Shown here piece after piece: positions 19,433 to 27,948 of a DNA stretch of 64,000 nucleotides (position 1 is its first letter; the number at the start of each line of letters is the position of its first letter). This DNA is from Planctomycetota bacterium (lineage in GTDB: Bacteria; Planctomycetota; UBA8108; UBA1146), in contig JAPKAM010000001.1 of the NCBI GenBank assembly GCA_028825265.1, forward strand, positions 386 to 64,385, written 5' to 3'. A program made the translations under genes and the position numbers. The notes below the pieces were generated by a model. The model saw only the letters and a list, made by a program, of their open reading frames with translations. It did no database searches and was not told the origin of the DNA.

Positions 19433-19570
19433 CACACCGTTCCTCAATCGCACAGTTCCTCAATCGCACAGTTCCTCAACCACACCGTTCCTCAATCGCA
19501 CAGTTCCTCAATCGCACAGTTCCTCAACCACACAGTGCCTCAATCGCAGCGCTCCAACTCAGCACTGATC
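19433..19570. repeat. Tandem array of ~9 copies of a 16-bp unit GTTCCTCAAYCRCACA (higher-order 48-bp period)
   Basis: Directly visible: CGTTCCTCAACCACAC / CGTTCCTCAATCGCACA / GTTCCTCAATCGCACA repeated. It lies between convergent gene ends (Kelch-2 stop 19401, GspM-like stop 19572). Confidence 0.85.
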
Positions 19571-19571
19571 T

Positions 19572-20120
19572 CTATCGCGCGGCCGTCTCACCGCTGTAAT
19601 TCACAAGCACCAGGTAGAGTTCCCATGACTCCGCCTCGGTCTCATTCTTGGCCCTGTTGGTGAGTTTCACCTTTTCGAATCCGAGGTGAGGTGCCCGCGA
19701 CTGAATATGAGCCAAAAATGTGATCTGTTCACGTAAGGGTCTATTTTCAAAGGTCGCCGCATAACTGTGCTTGGTGATGCCAGCGGTGACATCCGCATCA
19801 TTGCTTTGACTCTTGATCTCTGGCTTCGAAGAACTATTTTTCATCGATTCGATGATCTCGGCGATGGTGGTACTGATCTTGCCAGAGTTTTTCTTGCTCT
19901 CCTCGCGACGTAAATGCTCAAGAACCACCTCTTTACTCTCAGCGCTATTGAGCAAATCCTTCAGGTTCATCAGATTCTGGCTCTCTCTTACGGTAGCAGC
20001 ACGGTACTTTTCAGCACTGGTGTGAAGCCAGTACCCCCAGCCACCGAATACCGCTGAGCAAAGAAACAGGGTCAGGAGTATGATCTGCGTCAGATCACTG
20101 GTTTTTCCACGGTCTGTCAT
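19572..20120 (-). CDS. GspM/PilO-like bitopic membrane protein (putative T2SS GspM)
   Basis: 182 aa. N-terminal TM LTQIILLTLFLCSAVFGGWGYWL, then coiled-coil and periplasmic domain. Positioned immediately downstream of the GspL-like gene. Confidence 0.5.
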   Translation of the reverse strand: MTDRGKTSDLTQIILLTLFLCSAVFGGWGYWLHTSAEKYRAATVRESQNLMNLKDLLNSAESKEVVLEHLRREESKKNSGKISTTIAEIIESMKNSSSKPEIKSQSNDADVTAGITKHSYAATFENRPLREQITFLAHIQSRAPHLGFEKVKLTNRAKNETEAESWELYLVLVNYSGETAAR

Positions 20121-20122
20121 CG

Positions 20123-21865
20123 TTAGTTCCTCCCGCCAGTTCCAGTGATCGATTCCTTCAACTTCAACTTCAGGGTGACCTTTTTTCGATCTCCCGCAGG
20201 CTTGATGTCATCTTCGATGTTGAAGTATTTGGACTTCTGCTCCAGAGCCGTGATCACTCGCTCTCCGGCAGCGGCATCGGGAACCTCGAAGATCACGGTG
20301 GAGGTTCCGCCTCGTTTCTTGGCGCTATTGATCTCGATCGATTTCCAGGTCGGATAGACCTTGGGATTCGCTGCGGAGATCCCACCGGTCACATCCTTGA
20401 TCAGGTCCATTCCTGGTAAGTACTGCACAAGCCTTGCACGCTTATTGGCTCCCGTCCCGCCCTTCAATTCTGCGATCTTCAGTTCTGCACTTCGGACAAA
20501 TACAGGAGAAGAGCCCTTTGGAGCCTCTCCAAATCTAGCCATGAAGACGTCGCGTTCGTTGGCTCTCACCGTTTCAAACTCTGCTCGGCGGAGTTGCTTA
20601 CCTCGATGGCTATCGATCAACCAAGTCACGGACATGAAGCACAGGATCAAGCCCATCAACATCAGCCCCGGGAGCAACTTTGAAAATCTGCGCTCATACC
20701 GGTGCTCTTCTTTGCGTAAATCAAATCGAACTAATCCTTGCCCTGCAGACTGAAGCGCGAGTCCTACAGCCACACCTCCCGATAGGTTACAGCGATCGAC
20801 GAGATCCAGGGGCAATCCCGTTTCGATGCCGTCACAGACACGTAACTGCTGTGCGGGCACTTCATATTCCTCTGCCAAGCGATCTGCAATCCCCAGTTCA
20901 CAAGCGGCACCTCCGGCAACAACAATTCGATCGAGAGGCGATCTCATCAGGATTCCTGCAAAGGTCCGCTCGATCTCGGTGAATAATCGACCGATCACCT
21001 CATCGGGATCCGCTGGAGGAAGGGTTGGAGACGATGAGAGTTCCGCATTCAACCGCTCGAACTCTTCATCCGAAACCACCGCAATTGCGAGTTCATCTTC
21101 GGCGGCAGTTTCAGCAGCGACTCCTCCGCCTTGCATCAGATCTGCAAACTCCATCGCAGTCTCTGACTGGGCGCTGTCGGAACCACTAGCAGTCGCTCCG
21201 GCACTCCCGGTCGATGCAGTCGTCAGCGTCGGAATCGCGGAACGTTGGAGATGATTCGAGGTCGATCGAATCTTCGTGACCCTTCCTTCCTCTAGTAGGA
21301 CGAAGGTCGTATGGCCCGCTTCCATACCGATCAGAAGGGTCCTTCCGCCTCGCAGATCTGGCCTGGCTACATGAAGGGAAGTCGCCAGGGCCGTGGCATC
21401 GATCTCGATCTGGACCGGATCCACCCCACCTTCGCGAAGCATCTCCAGATGAGCTCCGACCAGTTGTTTCTGCACCGCACTGATCAGGAGCCGGCTCGAA
21501 TCTTCAGTTTCCGAACACTTGATGTATTCGATGACCAGATCATCGATGGAAGCCGAAGGAAGGTGCCCCTCGCTCTCGTACCGGATCGTCTTGGAAATGA
21601 CATCGTCATTTGTGAATGGAACCGATATCTCCCTCAAGGTAGACATACGGGTTGGGATGGAACTGACGACATCGATCGTCTTGCTTCCGTGACTATCTAG
21701 TGCACTACGAAGGATCGCTCGCAGAGACACGAGGCGCTCCTCGCTATTGTCTCCGACAATCTTTCCCTCGATGTAGTCGATGATGACGGTCTGTTTCGAA
21801 GTGGCTTCCACCACTGCGATCGAGACGTCAGGACCATCGATCTCTATTCCTGCGTGCAGGGCCAC
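20123..21865 (-). CDS. GspL-like protein (PilM-like cytoplasmic actin-fold domain + TM + PilN-like periplasmic domain)
   Basis: N-terminus MALHAGIEIDGPDVSIAVVE... (PilM/GspL cytoplasmic domain style). Internal TM LLPGLMLMGLILCFMSVTWLI. Gene order is gspK, (C-like), L-like, M-like. Confidence 0.6.
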   Translation of the reverse strand: MALHAGIEIDGPDVSIAVVEATSKQTVIIDYIEGKIVGDNSEERLVSLRAILRSALDSHGSKTIDVVSSIPTRMSTLREISVPFTNDDVISKTIRYESEGHLPSASIDDLVIEYIKCSETEDSSRLLISAVQKQLVGAHLEMLREGGVDPVQIEIDATALATSLHVARPDLRGGRTLLIGMEAGHTTFVLLEEGRVTKIRSTSNHLQRSAIPTLTTASTGSAGATASGSDSAQSETAMEFADLMQGGGVAAETAAEDELAIAVVSDEEFERLNAELSSSPTLPPADPDEVIGRLFTEIERTFAGILMRSPLDRIVVAGGAACELGIADRLAEEYEVPAQQLRVCDGIETGLPLDLVDRCNLSGGVAVGLALQSAGQGLVRFDLRKEEHRYERRFSKLLPGLMLMGLILCFMSVTWLIDSHRGKQLRRAEFETVRANERDVFMARFGEAPKGSSPVFVRSAELKIAELKGGTGANKRARLVQYLPGMDLIKDVTGGISAANPKVYPTWKSIEINSAKKRGGTSTVIFEVPDAAAGERVITALEQKSKYFNIEDDIKPAGDRKKVTLKLKLKESITGTGGRN

Positions 21866-21907
21866 GACAGGGCTCCTCTCGAATCATCCTCGGGATGGGA
21901 ATCATGA

Positions 21908-23071
21908 CTAATTTGGCTGATTTTGTTGACGGGCTCTCTGAAGTTCCTTGAGACGACGAATCGCTTCCTGAGGGTTGGACTCGACATCCACGCCGAGTGC
22001 CCCTTCCAAGGTCGTCTGCCTCACTGTTGGTTTGGGAGTCTTGGTGGATGTTCCGCCACGAAGTTTTGGCTTGACCGGATTCGGAGGGACTTGCGCTCCC
22101 CTCCTTTGGGACCTGGGATCACCTACATTTCGATTGTTACTTCTGGGATTCACCGCAGCCTTGTTGGTGGGAGACCTGGTCGCAGCGCCTCGGGGTGGAG
22201 TACCTCCGGAGGGAGGCTTGGATGCAGCGGTTCCCCGCATCTCTTTGCCGTCATTACCACGAATCCAGCCTCTCTCATCTCCGGGGATCGCTCCCACCCG
22301 ACCGGCAGCACTGACTCCGGCCCCGGAACCCGAGAGGAGTTCCATTTCCTCCGGGCTGAAGCCCCGGAGCACCAGCGTCTGGCCTTCTTCATGGATCACC
22401 GGATCGGTGATCGATTCCTGCCGAAGGGTGTAACTGCGACCGTTGTGCTCGTAAATCACCTGCTTGGGTTGGTCCTGAATTTCGACCACCATGTAGCGGT
22501 TCTCATCAATTCGAAACTCTTTCCCCTGTTCCAGGTATCGCACCCGTTGGTTCGAGACCTGGCTGCGATTCGTTCTGGAGTTGTTCAGCCGACTGGTCGG
22601 GGAAGCTCCACCACCTCTGGGGGCCCGACCACGAACACGGGTAGTTGTGGTGGCACGCCCGTTACGGCTATTCGATTTGAGGACGTTGGTTTGCCCCTTC
22701 TCCTGGATGGATGCGAATCGCTGTCCCTCAGCAGAAAAGATGACTCCAACGATCTCCCATTCTCCGATGGGGCCAGTATCGAGTGACGGAAGCGTCGACT
22801 CGACTGGTTTGACCACAGCCACAGGAGCCTGTGGTGCAGAGCGGTAAAGTTCGCCAATGATATCCCGATACTGGTTTGGAACCGGGCGAGCCGCCTGCTC
22901 CTTCAATTCAAAATCTTGCGGATTGACCAGGCGTACCTTGACCCCCTGTGGAGATTCGAGCAGCAGATCGAACAATACGAATCCGAGCAGGGTCATCGCT
23001 GAAATGTTGAAGAGCAGAATTCCGCCCCGAAGTAATTGGATGCTTACTTTTGGCATCGTCTGATCCTCCAC
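21908..23071 (-). CDS. Bitopic membrane protein with Arg/Pro/Gly-rich C-terminus; possible GspC/PilP-like T2SS component
   Basis: N-terminal TM ILLFNISAMTLLGFVLFDLLL. Lies between gspK and the gspL-like gene. I do not recognise a PDZ domain; this is a context-based call. Confidence 0.4.
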   Translation of the reverse strand: MEDQTMPKVSIQLLRGGILLFNISAMTLLGFVLFDLLLESPQGVKVRLVNPQDFELKEQAARPVPNQYRDIIGELYRSAPQAPVAVVKPVESTLPSLDTGPIGEWEIVGVIFSAEGQRFASIQEKGQTNVLKSNSRNGRATTTTRVRGRAPRGGGASPTSRLNNSRTNRSQVSNQRVRYLEQGKEFRIDENRYMVVEIQDQPKQVIYEHNGRSYTLRQESITDPVIHEEGQTLVLRGFSPEEMELLSGSGAGVSAAGRVGAIPGDERGWIRGNDGKEMRGTAASKPPSGGTPPRGAATRSPTNKAAVNPRSNNRNVGDPRSQRRGAQVPPNPVKPKLRGGTSTKTPKPTVRQTTLEGALGVDVESNPQEAIRRLKELQRARQQNQPN

Positions 23072-23078
23072 GAAATCT

Positions 23079-24674
23079 TCATCGTCGTACTTCCTTCCAG
23101 GAAATCACAACAACATGCTGGCCTTTCCTAGCGCACACCATTCTACCCGAGAGAGAGCGATCCTCGCTCGTACCTTCGATGGTAGTGGTGAAAAAACTGC
23201 TAGAAAAGACAATATGATCCTCAAGGTCTTGCTGCAGAAGTGCGAATACTGACTCGTCTGAGCCACTGTCGTCTTGCCAAGTCTCATCGACCTGCTTTAG
23301 TTGCTCGAATCGGGAGAAATACTCGAATTGCTGCACTTCCTCCTCATCCACACCGAATTCGCTGAGGAGATCCTCGAGGATTTCCCCAGTCACGTCATCG
23401 ATCTCCTGCTGGTAACTATTGCAATGATCTCGAATCTGCCAGGCGATTTCCTTGGCCTCATCGAAGTCCTCGAAAGATCGAAGCATGGCCATCAGCACCT
23501 CAGGCCTGGCGGTATTGAGGTTGATCTTGCCCGATGAGTTTGCGGTCATGACATGTCGAAGACCGATGGGAGTCGGAATTTGATCCACTCCGCCATCGAG
23601 TAACTCGAACCCGGATGACTCCAGATCGTCGAATGATCCGGGAATCAGCGACTGTAAATCTTCCATCATTCCGGGGGAATCTTCCTGGTCGTATTGGTCC
23701 TCTTCTTCCAGCGTCGCCGGATCGATGGGGCCGTAGAACAGTTCCCAGGTGACTTCTTCCAGCTGACGGATCGTATCGAGACTGCGAATTCTACGCAGAT
23801 TTTCATCGAGAACCCGCTGGTGAACCATCGAGACGATCGCCTCTGCTGTGCCCCCTGGATCAGGAGTGTCGATGTAATCGAATCCATTTTCAGTGTTGAA
23901 ATCGATGACCGCCTCGATCAACCGCTCGAGAATCACTTGGGCCTCGTCCACTTCTTCTTGCTCGGGAGGCACGAACTCTTCTAGCAGCCCCGCTTCCTGC
24001 AGTAGCCCATCAATTGCAGCGTTGCCAGCGGCCGCTTCTTCGAGGGCATCGAGATCGCTGTCCTCTTCCTCGGGCAAGGCCGCGAGCGAGAAGATGTGAT
24101 TGAGATCGATACAGGATTCTCCGTCGACCACCACTCCAACGACCTGGACGCCATTGATGGTTTCCTGGATCGGATGAGCCCAGTTATCATGGTGGGTATC
24201 CACCGGGTCATCGTCAGATGGGTTTTCACCCGTACCACCCTGGCCTCCTCCTCCACCCGATCCGGGGAGAGTGAGTCCTCCGGGAAGTTGGGTTCCGACC
24301 CCTTCCCCTGCGGTATCCATTCCAGCCAGAGCATCCTCCTCGAGATCATCCTCGAGGTAACCAAGATCTTCCATCAGGTCGGTGGAGAGTTTCAGCAGCA
24401 CCTGGCGCCCCGAGGCCTGCAAGGCATAGGAAAGAGCCGTTCTTCCCTGCCGATTGCGCGAGATCCGTTCCTCGATTTTTGTGACGAAGATCAACTGGGT
24501 GATGACGACCGTCAGGACCAGCACCAGGATCAGCACCACGAACAACGCAATCCCCCCCTCGGGGGATCGTGTCGCATTCTCGCTGGCTCGCGGCGGCTGA
24601 ATCATCAGATCTCCGGTCATCGGTTCAATTTCAAACGGGTCCAATTCAAACGAGTCGACGAAGAGTTCCCTCAT
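23079..24674 (-). CDS. gspK: Minor pseudopilin GspK (long form with acidic insertion)
   Basis: Prepilin-like N-terminus without Glu+5 (GGIALFVVLILVLVLTVVITQLIFV). GspK hallmark INLNTARPEVLMAMLRSF (helix-hairpin-helix). 531 aa with a long D/E-rich insertion. Confidence 0.7.
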   Translation of the reverse strand: MRELFVDSFELDPFEIEPMTGDLMIQPPRASENATRSPEGGIALFVVLILVLVLTVVITQLIFVTKIEERISRNRQGRTALSYALQASGRQVLLKLSTDLMEDLGYLEDDLEEDALAGMDTAGEGVGTQLPGGLTLPGSGGGGGQGGTGENPSDDDPVDTHHDNWAHPIQETINGVQVVGVVVDGESCIDLNHIFSLAALPEEEDSDLDALEEAAAGNAAIDGLLQEAGLLEEFVPPEQEEVDEAQVILERLIEAVIDFNTENGFDYIDTPDPGGTAEAIVSMVHQRVLDENLRRIRSLDTIRQLEEVTWELFYGPIDPATLEEEDQYDQEDSPGMMEDLQSLIPGSFDDLESSGFELLDGGVDQIPTPIGLRHVMTANSSGKINLNTARPEVLMAMLRSFEDFDEAKEIAWQIRDHCNSYQQEIDDVTGEILEDLLSEFGVDEEEVQQFEYFSRFEQLKQVDETWQDDSGSDESVFALLQQDLEDHIVFSSSFFTTTIEGTSEDRSLSGRMVCARKGQHVVVISWKEVRR

Positions 24675-24699
24675 CGGGAGGGCTCACTGCCCTATTGAT

Positions 24700-24716
24700 C
24701 GGCAGATCTCATGCCA
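24700..24716 (-). promoter_or_regulatory. Candidate sigma-54 promoter upstream of the gspK operon
   Basis: Minus-strand reading TGGCATGAGATCTGCCG: GG-N10-GC spacing, -24 TGGCAT, -12 CTGCC. The -12 element is ~27 nt 5' of the gspK start codon. Confidence 0.3.
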
Positions 24717-24861
24717 TTCTATAGCCCGCAGAGCCTTCCTCTGAGAACTACGATGATCCTATAAGCCTTTTCATCACAATAGTTTATGGCCATGGTCCGA
24801 AAATCTCAAATGAGGTCCGCCGGCACTCTACCCGTTTTCGAGTAATGAGTGTTCGGAATCA

Positions 24862-27800
24862 CTACATCGGAGACGATTCGGCAGCCGCTGGCGCCGGCAG
24901 ATCTGGCTTTTTCGCCTTCAGGATGAAGGAGAGCACCACCGGTAACACGATCAGGGTCAGCACGGTCGATACGGACAGCCCGCCAACGATCGCCTTCCCC
25001 AGCGTATTGAACTGGGGCCCAGTCAACATCTGGGTTCCATAGGCCATAGGAATCAATCCCAGCACCGTGGTCAGTGCGGTGATCAGAATCGGGCGCAAAC
25101 GATCACTCGCTCCCTTGCGGATCGCAAGGATGGGATCGATGCCTTCATCGAGTCGTCGACGCACCTGATCGATCAATACGATGCCGTTATTGACCACGAT
25201 ACCGCAAAGCAAGATCAAGCCGACCGCAGCCGGAGTATCGAGCGAGTCACCCTGCAGCCAGAGGGTCCAGATCACTCCAGGAATCGCCAGTAACACCGTG
25301 ACCATCAACACCAACGGCGTCCGGAGAGACTCAAACAGACAGGCGAGAACCAGGTAAACCAGGAACACCGACAGGTACAGCCCCTCGCCAAAGGAACTGC
25401 GATTCCTCCAGCGACCAGACCAGCCCTCTCCCAAGTCCCAGCTATACCCCACCGGCCAGGGATATTCAGAAAGTGCCATCTCTAGCCTCTGTTGGATCTG
25501 ATCCTTACTACTTGGATCGTACTGCGCCGACACCGTCAGGTTGGCGAGGCGCTGATCACGACGTCGTCGATTGGGAGCCTCGACCTGCTCGACCTTTCCG
25601 ATCTCCTGGATGGGAAGTTCAAGAGTATCGGTCAGAGGAAATCTCATGAAGTTCAGTTCCTGGACTGAATCGGTCTCATCCTCGTCGAGTCCGAGAGTGA
25701 TGTCGAAGTCACCAGACTGGGTTCGAAGTTGACTGAGGCGATTTCCCGCAAAGGCTGAACTGATGCTACGAGCGACCGTATCCCCCGACACCTGCAAACG
25801 ACCGAGCAGATCTTCATCGGGTTCCAGTCGCAGTTCATCGACCTCATCTTCCCCTGCAACTTCTGCTTCGATGATGCCCTCGACTCCCCTCAGGTAAGTG
25901 GCCACCTCGATTCCCAATTCATCGAGGAATGAGCTGGAATCACCGGCCAGTCGAATTCGAAAGGAACCAGCGGAAGATCGCGAGCCAGCGCCGTGGCCTC
26001 GACCGCCCCAGCCCCAACCATCGTCGGTACGGATCCTAAAGCCGGGAACCTTCGGAAGAACCTCATCGATGCGACCTCTCAACTCGGCGATGTAATCCTC
26101 CGTCGCAATCTCGGGCGGTGGATAAATCCTCGTCAGAGCGTAGCCATCTTTGTACCAGGAATAGATGTCGCCTTCCCCGATGACATCTCTACGACTCGCC
26201 AGAAGATTCTCGATATCGGTGACCGTTTTTTCCATCTCCCTGTAGTCGAGACCCTCGACCGGGCGGTATGAGATGTTCGCGTAATTGGATTTCCAGTCCG
26301 CATCGGACATGTCCATCCTGAATCCATTCTCGAATGGGATCACGACACTCAGGGTTGCTGCCACCGCTACGGTCAAAGTCGCCCTTCGATGTGTCAGCGC
26401 GGATTTCAGCAGTTTCTCGTAACCAAGACTGACCTTCTTGAACCAGGAGGATTTTCCGGGGTCGCCACCGCTATAAATTCTTGCGGCCACCATCGGTACG
26501 AGGGTCAAGGAGACAAACAAACTCGCTGCGATGGTCAGAGAGATCACCAGACCGACGCTGGCCAGGGCATCCGAGAATCCATTTCTCTCCGAAATGAAGA
26601 CCGGTAAGAACACCACCATCGTCGTCAGTGTGGCTGCGAACACGGGAGTTGCGACTTCCAGCGTTCCAGTGGTCGCTGCCGTCACCGGGTCATCTCCGAG
26701 GCCTGCACGTCGGACAATCGACTCCACCACCACAACCGCGGTATCGACCAGCATCCCGACTCCGAGCATCAATGCCATGATGGTGATGATGTTCAGTTCC
26801 TGGTCGAGAAAGTGAAGTACCGCCAGTGCAGCCAGCACCGAGATCGGGATGGTCATACCCACCAACACCGTGGCAGAAATTCGCCGCAAGAAGATCAGCA
26901 GGATCATCAGGGCCAAGCCGCCACCGATGAAGCCGGCATCTCGCAGGCGCGCCAGTGAACTGACGATCATCTGACCCTGATCCTGCCAGACCAGAAGGTT
27001 GATTCCTGCCAGTTGAGGATCCTGAGAGATCCTCTCCACTTCGGCTCTGACATTCTTGCAAACCTCGACCGTATTGGCACCGGCCTCCTGAGAGATCTCG
27101 AGGGAGACTGCATAGGAGCCATTAAGATGGCGTCCCCAGCGCAATTCTCCTTCCTTCTTCTCTATGGTCGCCACCTGCCCCAGCCGCAATCCATTCCGAT
27201 TGATCGGCAACTGGCGCATCGCTTCTATATCGGGAAGGGCATTGATCAGCCGAAGGCGACGAGTCTTCCCATCGCTCCAGACTCTTCCGATGGTGGCGTC
27301 GACATTCGAGTTTCGTATCGCCTGGGCGACCCGACCGAGTGTCAGGCCATGTCTTTCCAGGTCACCCTTGGTAAAGGAGATCCGTACCTCCTTGGGCGTC
27401 ACACCATCGAGTGCCACCTGCCCGACACCATCGAGTCGCTCAAGAGGACGCTGGATCCGATTGACCAACAGGTCGTAATTTTCTGACAGGTTGATTCCCA
27501 CCGCACTGATGCGAGCCTCCATGATGGCATCTGCATCTGCACCCCAGCCTCCGGTGCTCAATCGGATCCGATCCAGATCTTCCAATGGAAGTTGTTCCTT
27601 CGCCCGTGCCAGTCGCTCTCGTATCTCGACCTTGACCTGATCGAGGTCCTCTCCGTAATCAAAACGAAGAGTGACCCGTCCATTTCCCTCCCTCGACTCG
27701 CTGTTGAATCCACGCACCCTCCGGAGCGTAGCTAGGGCTTCCTCGAGCGGCCTCACCACCTCATTTTCAACCTGTATCGGAGAGGCATTGGGATAGGGAA

Positions 27801-27948
27801 TGTTGATATTGATGCTCATGCTGCCGAGATCTGCAGTGGCACTGAGAGGAATCCTATTGATGGAAAGGATCCCGCCGAGCACCAGCAGGATGTGCAAGGT
27901 CAGGGTGGTGATGGGTCGCTCAAGACAGAAGCGGACAAAGGTTTTCAT
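24862..27948 (-). CDS. RND family efflux permease (AcrB/MdtC-like), second of a tandem pair
   Basis: 1028 aa with 12-TM RND architecture and conserved stretches (e.g. ...LLCGIVVNNGIVLIDQ..., AIRKGASDRLRPILITALTTVLGLIPMA). Confidence 0.9.
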   Translation of the reverse strand: MKTFVRFCLERPITTLTLHILLVLGGILSINRIPLSATADLGSMSININIPYPNASPIQVENEVVRPLEEALATLRRVRGFNSESREGNGRVTLRFDYGEDLDQVKVEIRERLARAKEQLPLEDLDRIRLSTGGWGADADAIMEARISAVGINLSENYDLLVNRIQRPLERLDGVGQVALDGVTPKEVRISFTKGDLERHGLTLGRVAQAIRNSNVDATIGRVWSDGKTRRLRLINALPDIEAMRQLPINRNGLRLGQVATIEKKEGELRWGRHLNGSYAVSLEISQEAGANTVEVCKNVRAEVERISQDPQLAGINLLVWQDQGQMIVSSLARLRDAGFIGGGLALMILLIFLRRISATVLVGMTIPISVLAALAVLHFLDQELNIITIMALMLGVGMLVDTAVVVVESIVRRAGLGDDPVTAATTGTLEVATPVFAATLTTMVVFLPVFISERNGFSDALASVGLVISLTIAASLFVSLTLVPMVAARIYSGGDPGKSSWFKKVSLGYEKLLKSALTHRRATLTVAVAATLSVVIPFENGFRMDMSDADWKSNYANISYRPVEGLDYREMEKTVTDIENLLASRRDVIGEGDIYSWYKDGYALTRIYPPPEIATEDYIAELRGRIDEVLPKVPGFRIRTDDGWGWGGRGHGAGSRSSAGSFRIRLAGDSSSFLDELGIEVATYLRGVEGIIEAEVAGEDEVDELRLEPDEDLLGRLQVSGDTVARSISSAFAGNRLSQLRTQSGDFDITLGLDEDETDSVQELNFMRFPLTDTLELPIQEIGKVEQVEAPNRRRRDQRLANLTVSAQYDPSSKDQIQQRLEMALSEYPWPVGYSWDLGEGWSGRWRNRSSFGEGLYLSVFLVYLVLACLFESLRTPLVLMVTVLLAIPGVIWTLWLQGDSLDTPAAVGLILLCGIVVNNGIVLIDQVRRRLDEGIDPILAIRKGASDRLRPILITALTTVLGLIPMAYGTQMLTGPQFNTLGKAIVGGLSVSTVLTLIVLPVVLSFILKAKKPDLPAPAAAESSPM

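Noticed and set aside
19254-19568. 104-aa + ORF with SSTTPFLNRTVPQSH repeats
   Set aside because: It is produced by translation through the 16-bp tandem array, so it is a repeat artefact.
19433-19570. Possible CRISPR array
   Set aside because: The repeats are directly contiguous (16 bp, no spacers). There are no cas genes.
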